64,000 bases of DNA, from contig OZ242279.1 of the NCBI GenBank assembly GCA_965207265.1, forward strand, positions 4,174,145 through 4,238,144, read 5' to 3'. The translations under genes and the position numbers were made by a program. This DNA is from Vicinamibacterales bacterium. GTDB taxonomy: Bacteria > Acidobacteriota > Vicinamibacteria > Vicinamibacterales > UBA8438. Shown in pieces: positions 49,141 through 55,702 of this stretch; position 1 is the first letter of the stretch; each line of letters starts with the position of its first letter. Under the pieces are notes generated by a model, which saw only the letters and a list, made by a program, of their open reading frames with translations, did no database searches and was not told where the DNA came from.

Positions 49141-49379
49141 GGGAAGTCGGCGAGCAGCTCCCGCACCGTTTCCGTCGTGAGGGGGGGCTGGTCATCCAGG
49201 GCGGCGAAGATCATCGTCCCTGTGTGCGGGCAGCGCACGAGCCTTGGCGGGCTGGGCGCGGGCATGGCGAGACGCGCCCGGCGCCGGAGGTACTCCGAGA
49301 CGCTGACGCCCTCGTTGCTGGCGCGCGTCCGTATCAGGCGTGCTTCCTCGTCACTGACCTTGAAGGAGATCGTCGTCAC
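49137..49379 (-). CDS. vapB: Ribbon-helix-helix (CopG-like) antitoxin
   Basis: 'TTISFKVSDEEARLIRTRASNEGVSVSEYLRRRA' is an RHH fold pattern. The start is taken at GTG 49379, although the track ORF extends to 49448. Its stop overlaps the vapC ATG. Confidence 0.65.
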   Translation of the reverse strand: MTTISFKVSDEEARLIRTRASNEGVSVSEYLRRRARLAMPAPSPPRLVRCPHTGTMIFAALDDQPPLTTETVRELLADFP

Positions 49380-49490
49380 GACGGGTAATACCGTATTACC
49401 CCGCCTCCCACCTGTCAACGACAAAGGCGATCCCCGGGCGTTCCGCATCGACTACGGACTGGTCGTAGCCGCGCGTGGCCAGGCCGCGCC

Positions 49491-51239
49491 TCAGGGCAGC
49501 CGGAAGACCCAGAGCATGTTGCCGCGCGGCGGCTGTTGGATCTCCGGCGTGACCATCCGGTAGTTGACGCCGCCCCCGGCCGCGATGGCGACGTACTGCA
49601 CGCCGTCGTGCATGTAGCTCACCGGGAAGCCGCCGGCGCTGGAGTTGAGGATCCGCTCCCAGAGGATGTCGCCGGTCTCCGCGTCGAACGCCCGGAAGCG
49701 GCGCGCATCGTCGGTCACGAACACCAGTCCGCCGCCGGTCGTCAGCACCGAGCCGCCGATGCCGGCCCGCTGCCGATGGACCCACCGCGTTCCGCCGGTC
49801 GCCATGTCCATCGCCGTGAGCATGCCGACCTGCCCGTCGACGTCCGGGGCCACCTCGCGGGTGGCCCGCGCCGACCCGTGGTGGAAACCCGGGCGGTTGC
49901 GGAACTCGTTCAGCGTCAGGGTCATGCAGACGTTGTTGGTGGGCGCGTACAGGGCGTTGGTGCCCGGGTGGTAGGCGGTCGCGTTCCAGTTGATGCCGCC
50001 GGTCAGGCTCGGGCAGACGAAGACCGGCTCGCCGACCTGCGGGAACTTGAGATCCTCGTTGAGGAGCACGCGGCGGCTCTCGGCATCGACGTCGGCCACC
50101 ACGTTCTGCCGGTTCGTCGGCTCGGCCCAGAGAAACGCCCCGGTGGCGGCGTCGAGCGCCCAGACGATGCCGGTCTTGCCCGGGATGCCGGTCACGATCT
50201 TGCGGCGCGAGCCGGGGATGATCCCGCCGTTCAGCCACTCGACCGCGTCGGGGTCCGGCGACACCTCGGTCTCGACCACGAGCCGGGCGTAGGGATGATC
50301 GAGGTCCCATTCGTCGTTCGGGGTGTGCTGGAAGTACCAGACTATCTCGCCCGTGTCGGCGTCGAGGGCGAGGGTGGAGTTCGTATAGAGGACGTCCCCG
50401 TCACCGGTGCCGCGCTGCACCGAGCCCCACGGAATCGGCACCCCGACGCCGGCGTAGATCAGGTTCAGCTCGGGGTCGTAGCTCGGCGCGTTCCACGAGG
50501 AGCCGCCGCGCCGCAGCTCGTCGGGGATGTCGCCCCACGAGTCGTAGCCGAACTCGCCTTCACGGGGAATCGTGTAGGTGCGCCATACCTCCTCGCCGGT
50601 CCCGGCGTCGTGGGCCGAGATCCAGCAGCGCGTGTTGAGGTAGTAGCAGCCCGACATCCCGGCCACGACGCGACCCTTGATGACCTGCGGCCCGCCGGAA
50701 TAGTGCTGGCCGACCTCCCAGTCGCCGACCGTGACATCCCACACCACCTCGCCGGTGCGCGCGTCGAGGGCCACCAGGTGGGCGTCGTGGGTGCCGATGA
50801 ACAGCTTGTCCTCGTAGAGCGTCCCGTTGCGGTTGGCGCAGGCCAGCGTGGCGCCGTGCTCGACCCGCGGCCGGCGGTACTCCCACAGGCGCGTGCCGTC
50901 GCGCACGTCGAGCGCCTCGACGTAATCGCACGCCTGCACCAGGAACATGACGCCGTCGTGGACCAGCGGCGTGGTCTCCTGCAGGCCCTCGGCCATTGTC
51001 CAGGCCCAGGCCAGGCGCAGGTCGCCCACGTTGGTCGTGTCGATCTGGTCGAGGGGGCTGTGGCCCCAGTGGTTGTAGGTACGCCGCCACATCGGCCAGT
51101 CGCTTGCCGGCGGCTCGACGAGCATCTGCTCGGTCACCGGGGTGTACTCGTCGATGGGGGATTGCGCCGAGACGACCGCTCCCGCGAGCAGAAGGCACGC
51201 CGCGATCAGGCCGGGAATGGTTCGGAGAAGCTGTCGCAT
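49491..51239 (-). CDS. Exported PQQ-dependent dehydrogenase, methanol/ethanol family-like
   Basis: It has a signal peptide, 'DWPMWRRTYNHWGHSPLDQIDTTNVGDLRLAW', 'LVALDARTGEVVWD', 'LALDADTGEIVWYFQHTPNDEWDLD' and 'FRAFDAETGDILWE'. Confidence 0.8.
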   Translation of the reverse strand: MRQLLRTIPGLIAACLLLAGAVVSAQSPIDEYTPVTEQMLVEPPASDWPMWRRTYNHWGHSPLDQIDTTNVGDLRLAWAWTMAEGLQETTPLVHDGVMFLVQACDYVEALDVRDGTRLWEYRRPRVEHGATLACANRNGTLYEDKLFIGTHDAHLVALDARTGEVVWDVTVGDWEVGQHYSGGPQVIKGRVVAGMSGCYYLNTRCWISAHDAGTGEEVWRTYTIPREGEFGYDSWGDIPDELRRGGSSWNAPSYDPELNLIYAGVGVPIPWGSVQRGTGDGDVLYTNSTLALDADTGEIVWYFQHTPNDEWDLDHPYARLVVETEVSPDPDAVEWLNGGIIPGSRRKIVTGIPGKTGIVWALDAATGAFLWAEPTNRQNVVADVDAESRRVLLNEDLKFPQVGEPVFVCPSLTGGINWNATAYHPGTNALYAPTNNVCMTLTLNEFRNRPGFHHGSARATREVAPDVDGQVGMLTAMDMATGGTRWVHRQRAGIGGSVLTTGGGLVFVTDDARRFRAFDAETGDILWERILNSSAGGFPVSYMHDGVQYVAIAAGGGVNYRMVTPEIQQPPRGNMLWVFRLP

Positions 51240-51276
51240 CGGTCGGTTCCTCTCGTCAGTCAGTGGGCCTGCCGCG

Positions 51277-51519
51277 TCAGTGGGCCTGTCCGATCAGCTC
51301 GATCATGTTGGTGGCGCCATCCGCCGTCGACCGGACGAGAGACGCAATGGAGCCGCCGACCGGCTCCGCCCAGTTCTCCTCCAGCGTTCCGTTGCCGGTG
51401 TCGCCCATGTAGTGGCCGGTCATCCATGCGAGGTCGGCGATCGTCGCCGCCGGACCCTGGGCGAACGCCGGTGTGGAAACCACGAGAACGAATCCGAGAC
51501 CGAGCAGCAGACCTCGCAT
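51277..51519 (-). CDS. Small exported hypothetical protein (80 aa), possibly a truncated domain
   Basis: The start is taken at Met45 of track ORF 51277..51651 (MRGLLLGLGFVLVVSTPAFAQ signal). The mature part 'ADLAWMTGHYMGD..GTLEENWAEP.GGS' looks like the first half of a lipocalin-like DUF, but I cannot name it securely. Confidence 0.45.
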   Translation of the reverse strand: MRGLLLGLGFVLVVSTPAFAQGPAATIADLAWMTGHYMGDTGNGTLEENWAEPVGGSIASLVRSTADGATNMIELIGQAH

Positions 51520-51662
51520 GACACGACTCCCTTCGGACGTCAGGACCGATGCGCGAGGGGTAGTGTAACCGTTGCTGCCGGGGCGCGAGCGAGGGGTTGG
51601 ACGTGCCGTCCGGCGTGACCGTGAGTACGCCGTGATCGGGCTGCCTTCCACTTGGTTCGCCG

Positions 51663-52172
51663 TTGTATCGTGGTGTACGGCCGATGACCATGAACGAGTG
51701 GGCCAGGAATCAACAGGAACGCCGCCGCCGGTTCGACGACGAGGCGCGGAGCTGCAAGCTCAAGCCGCCCGAGGCCTTCAGTGACGAGCCCGCCCCCCCG
51801 GAGGCGTACCGGAACCTCTGTCCCGATCTCGATCCGGCGCTCACTGGCCGGAGGAGCCATGTGGTCCGTTGGCGCATCGCCCGAAGCTGCTGCGGCTGGG
51901 CGGAGCCGCCCACGACCGAAGAGTTCTACGACGCCTTCCACACGGACACACCCGACCAGCGGCAGAAGAGCATCATCTACATGTGGGGTACCGAAGCCAC
52001 CTTCACGGAGCTCTTCGAAGCCTGGGCGCAGCACGCCTACACGTTCCGCGACCTCGTGCGTGCGCTCCACCTGGCCGACTTCCCGTGGCCGGACCGGATC
52101 GCGGAAATCAACCAGTGGGCCGATCCCCATCACGTCGAGCAGGAGCCAAGTCAGACGCGCATCGCCGAATAG
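51663..52172 (+). CDS. Hypothetical protein
   Basis: This is a 169-aa ORF with the GC3-rich codon usage of the host. I recognise no family. Its 3' end overlaps the convergent flavoprotein gene by about 20 nt. Confidence 0.45.
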   Translation: MYRGVRPMTMNEWARNQQERRRRFDDEARSCKLKPPEAFSDEPAPPEAYRNLCPDLDPALTGRRSHVVRWRIARSCCGWAEPPTTEEFYDAFHTDTPDQRQKSIIYMWGTEATFTELFEAWAQHAYTFRDLVRALHLADFPWPDRIAEINQWADPHHVEQEPSQTRIAE

Positions 52173-53413
52173 ACCGCCATGTGCGCGCCCACGACGCGCT
52201 GCAGCGCGTCCTGATTCGGCTCTCGCGACCACTCGCCCCGCTCCGACGTGCCGCCCAGGACGATGCCGTCGCGGCGCGGCTGCATGTGGATGCCGAGGAG
52301 CCCGCGGGTATCCCCGTCGGGAGGGTCGCCGGCGATACCCCAGTCGACTTCCTGCTGGGGCACGAGCACGGTGAGCTGGCCCTTCAGCGGCAACAGCTCG
52401 TCGTCGCCGAACAGGTCGCGCGCGCCCAGCCCGCTGCAGTTGACGACGAGCGGCTCGCTCAGCTCCACCAGCTCGCGCACCTCGGTGAACTTGCGGATCT
52501 CGATGCGCCCGCCGAAGTCGATGAAGTCGTGAACCAGTGCATCCAGGTAGATGGACGGCTCGATGCGCATTTGGTTGCGCCGGATGGCGTAGCGGCTGGG
52601 AAAGGGGTGCTCCCCGGGTTCCAGCGTGAGCTGGCCGGAGCGCAGATGGGCGGGAAGCAGCGGCTCTCGATCCTCCTCGCCATCGTCCTCGGCGGCGCCC
52701 GGGGGCGAGTCGCTGAGAGCGTAGCGATCGATCCAGGAAACGCCGAATCTGGTCCCCGCCAGCAACTGCAGCTCGCGGTAGGAAGTCTCGACCGCTTCGC
52801 GGAACTGGGCATCCCAGGCAGGTGTCCTGAGGTCGCCGTCGACCAGCCCCGCGGTGGGGGTGAAGCCTGCGAACGACATGTTCGAGGTCGTGTTCGGCGG
52901 CACCGACATGGCGTAGATGGTCACCGCGAACCCGCGCCGCTGCAACTGGCGCGCGGCGGTGAGGCCCACGGCACCGCAACCGATGACCGCCGCCCGGCGG
53001 CTGTCGTGGTCGAGGGCCATTTCGGCCGCCATCCGGCCCGTGCCCCAGGAGAGCGACATGCCGGAGCCGCCGTGGCCGTAATTCTGGATCACCGTGGTGC
53101 CGTCGAGCCGGTCGGCGCGCAATACGAAGCCGGAGGGGCGGTGCGGGCGCAACCCGACCGTGGTGCGGATGATCCGGTCCCATTCGGCGCGTACGGGTGC
53201 GAGCCGCAGAGGCGGCCGCCGCATCGGCGTCGGCGCGGTCGGCGCCGGAGCCGACCGTGCCGAGCAGCCGCCCAGGCCGGCGCCCACGAGGCCCATGCCG
53301 CCCATCTTCAGGAGCGTTCTTCGGTCCACTGTGCCTCCGGGTTCAGTCGCGCCGGGTGTCATGGCGGTCTCGTTACGGACACCCATCTTGGATCGTCCAT
53401 CCATGGCGGGCAA
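52151..53413 (-). CDS. Tat/lipoprotein-type exported FAD-dependent oxidoreductase, D-amino-acid-oxidase (DAO) family, circularly permuted
   Basis: The leader 'DRRTLLKMGGMGLVGAGLGGC' is followed by 'GLRPHRPSGFVLR...TVIQNYGHGGSGMSLSWGTG', which is normally the C-terminal DAO signature. Only after that comes the Rossmann 'AAVIGCGAVGLTAARQLQRRGFAVTIYA'. The TTG start at 53413 is uncertain; alternatives include the internal Met of 'MTPGA' at about 53362. Confidence 0.75.
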   Translation of the reverse strand: MPAMDGRSKMGVRNETAMTPGATEPGGTVDRRTLLKMGGMGLVGAGLGGCSARSAPAPTAPTPMRRPPLRLAPVRAEWDRIIRTTVGLRPHRPSGFVLRADRLDGTTVIQNYGHGGSGMSLSWGTGRMAAEMALDHDSRRAAVIGCGAVGLTAARQLQRRGFAVTIYAMSVPPNTTSNMSFAGFTPTAGLVDGDLRTPAWDAQFREAVETSYRELQLLAGTRFGVSWIDRYALSDSPPGAAEDDGEEDREPLLPAHLRSGQLTLEPGEHPFPSRYAIRRNQMRIEPSIYLDALVHDFIDFGGRIEIRKFTEVRELVELSEPLVVNCSGLGARDLFGDDELLPLKGQLTVLVPQQEVDWGIAGDPPDGDTRGLLGIHMQPRRDGIVLGGTSERGEWSREPNQDALQRVVGAHMAVYSAMRV

Positions 53414-53436
53414 CTCCGCTCGGTTGGCGGGCCCGG

Positions 53437-53465
53437 GTTCGGCAGAATGTTGGGGGCTGCCGAAC
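53437..53465. promoter_or_regulatory. Perfect 9-bp inverted repeat in a divergent promoter region (candidate operator)
   Basis: GTTCGGCAG-N11-CTGCCGAAC lies in the 140-nt gap between the divergently transcribed DAO-like gene (start 53413) and PQQ-cupredoxin copy A (start 53554). Confidence 0.35.
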
Positions 53466-53553
53466 TCTGTGGTTGAATGGAACGCGTCACAAACGCAGCA
53501 GCCCGCGCGCTGCCGTAGCGCCGCGCTGCCGGAGACCGGAAAAGGAGGGCGCC

Positions 53554-55617
53554 ATGCCTCGACGTCATCGCTCGCTCGTCGTCACGGTCGCGTCGGTGAT
53601 CGCGCTCGCGGTGTTCTCCGGCGGCCTCGCCGGGCAGGAGCCCGAGCCGGGACGCGGCTATCCGTCGACCGACTGGCCCTTTGCCGGCGGCAACTGGGCC
53701 AGCTCGCGCTACTCCACGCTGGACGACATCGCGGCCGACACGGTGGATCGCCTCGGCGCTGCGTGGGTGGCGCCGCTCCCCGGCGGCGCGGCGTCGCGCT
53801 CGACCCCGGTGGTGCAGGACGGCGCCATCTACCTGACCGGCGGCGCCAACGTCTTCGCCTTCGACGCGCGAACGGGAGACCTCGTCTGGCGCTGGCAGCC
53901 GGACCCCGATGCCGGGCGGGTGGTGTCGTGGCAGGGCGTCGTCGTGGCCGGCGACCTGGTCGTCTTCGGCACGCGCAGCGGAGAGGTGATCGCGCTCGGC
54001 CGGGACAACGGCGAGCTGGTGTGGGCGACGCGCGTCGGGAGCCCGGAGCAGACCCGGGGCGAGGTGGTGACGACCGCGCCGATGTACGCGCGCGGCAAGG
54101 TGTTCGTGGGCCTGGCCAACGGCGACATCGGCGGACAGGGCCGCGTGCTGGCCCTCGACGCGGCGACGGGCGAAGTGGAGTGGATCTTCTTCGTCGTGCC
54201 GCGGCCGGGCGAGTTCGGCCACGAGACCTGGCCGCAGGACAGCGACTCGTGGGAGTACGGCGGCGGCGGCGTCTGGCTGGTCGGCACCGTCGATCCCGAC
54301 CTGGGGATGGTCTACTTCTCGACCGGCAACCCGGTGCCGATGTTCGGGGGCGAGCTGCGCGAGGGGGATAACCTGTTCACCGCTTCGGTCCTCGCGCTCG
54401 ACATGGAGACCGGCGAGCGGCGCTGGCACTACCAGGTGGTGCGCCACGACGTCTGGGACGCCGACATCGCCACGCCGCTGCTGCTGTACGACACGACGGT
54501 CGACGGCGAGCCGGTGAAGGCGGTGGCCGCGATGCGCGCCGACGGCTATCTGTTCCTGTTCAACCGCGAGACCGGCGAGCACCTGCTGCCCGTCGAGGAG
54601 CGCGAGGTGCCGCAGGACCCGCACCAGCTCACGGTGCCGACCCAGCCGTTCCCGGTGCAGACCGAGAGCATCCTCTTCGAGTGCTCGTACTGGCGCGACC
54701 GGGTGCCGCCGCCGTTCGAGCTCAGTTGCAGCAGCTACACGCCCCCGTCGGTCGACGAGCAGACGGTGGTGGCGCCGGGGTTGCCGATCCCGCGGGTGCG
54801 GGTCACGCCGATGGCGTTCTCGCCGCAGACCGGCTACATCTACGCGCAGGGGCGCGCGCACGTCGGCCGCGCCCGCCGCTTCACGGATCCGTTCGTCTGG
54901 AACACTACCCAGTTCCACCTGACCCTGCCCGACGCCGTCGGCATCCTGGCCGCCGTCGACCCCCGCACCGGCCGCGTGGTGTGGCGGAAGGAGATGCCGG
55001 CCGCGTTCCTCGGCGTCAGCGGTCCGCTCGTGACCGCGGGCGGCCTGCTGTTCCGCGGCTCGCCCGGCGGACAGGTGGAGGCCTACGACGTCCGGACCGG
55101 CGACCGCCGCTGGGCCTTCCGGACGAGCGAGGAGGGGTCGCGGCTGCGTCCCGGCCCGGCCTCGACCTACGAGCTGGACGGCAGGCAGTACATCGCCGTC
55201 CCGATGGGGCCCGCGCTCTGGGCGTTCGCGCTCGACGGCGAGGTGCCGGCCCGCGGCGAGCCGTCTCCGGATCCGCCGGTGGACGATCAGCCCGCCGGCC
55301 CCGCCCCGCGCGAGACCGCCGAGATCGAGACGGCGACGCTGCTGGAGAACCCGCGCGGCGCGGTCGGCGGCCGGCGCTACGCCTTCGACGAGTACAACTT
55401 CAACCCGATCCGCGCGCGGGTCAGCGCGGGCACGCGCGTCCGGTTCACCAACAACGGCGAGATCTCCCACACCGTGGCCGCGCGCGACGGAAGCTGGAGC
55501 GCCGGCACGCTGAACCCGGGCCTGTGGGGCTTCGTCACGTTCGACGAGCCGGGGACGTTCCTCTACCACTGCGAGGACCATCCCTGGATGGTGGGGGAGA
55601 TCACGGTCGATCCGTGA
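53554..55617 (+). CDS. Exported PQQ-dependent dehydrogenase-like propeller fused to a C-terminal amicyanin-like type-1 copper domain (copy A)
   Basis: This is the in-frame part of track ORF 53197..55617, starting at ATG 53554 after AAAGGAGGG. It has a signal peptide and propeller motifs ('GGNWASSRYSTLDDIAADTVDRLGAAW', 'VPRPGEFGHETW', 'LALDMETGERRWHYQVVRHDVWDAD'). The C-terminal approx. 100 aa carry 'ISHTVAARDG' and 'FLYHCEDHPWMVGEITV'. Confidence 0.8.
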   Translation: MPRRHRSLVVTVASVIALAVFSGGLAGQEPEPGRGYPSTDWPFAGGNWASSRYSTLDDIAADTVDRLGAAWVAPLPGGAASRSTPVVQDGAIYLTGGANVFAFDARTGDLVWRWQPDPDAGRVVSWQGVVVAGDLVVFGTRSGEVIALGRDNGELVWATRVGSPEQTRGEVVTTAPMYARGKVFVGLANGDIGGQGRVLALDAATGEVEWIFFVVPRPGEFGHETWPQDSDSWEYGGGGVWLVGTVDPDLGMVYFSTGNPVPMFGGELREGDNLFTASVLALDMETGERRWHYQVVRHDVWDADIATPLLLYDTTVDGEPVKAVAAMRADGYLFLFNRETGEHLLPVEEREVPQDPHQLTVPTQPFPVQTESILFECSYWRDRVPPPFELSCSSYTPPSVDEQTVVAPGLPIPRVRVTPMAFSPQTGYIYAQGRAHVGRARRFTDPFVWNTTQFHLTLPDAVGILAAVDPRTGRVVWRKEMPAAFLGVSGPLVTAGGLLFRGSPGGQVEAYDVRTGDRRWAFRTSEEGSRLRPGPASTYELDGRQYIAVPMGPALWAFALDGEVPARGEPSPDPPVDDQPAGPAPRETAEIETATLLENPRGAVGGRRYAFDEYNFNPIRARVSAGTRVRFTNNGEISHTVAARDGSWSAGTLNPGLWGFVTFDEPGTFLYHCEDHPWMVGEITVDP

Positions 55618-55702
55618 ACCGTCGGGCCTGGGAATGAAGGGAGTTGCTCGCCGGGGCGCCCTGACCGCCCTGCGACTGGAGACCGGAGAAGAGGAGGGTG
55701 CC

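Noticed and set aside
51259-51288. A 13-bp direct repeat, GTCAGTGGGCCTG x2 with a 17-bp period, between the PQQ-ADH start and the small ORF stop.
   Set aside because: This is a tiny local duplication that merely repeats the stop-codon region of the small ORF. It causes no frame consequence and shows no further copies in the window.
53197-53553. An N-terminal extension of PQQ-cupredoxin copy A. Copy B has an analogous extension at 55634..55702.
   Set aside because: Both copies share an identical 'MPRRHRSLVVTVAS' start preceded by a strong SD. The upstream residues are not conserved between the copies.
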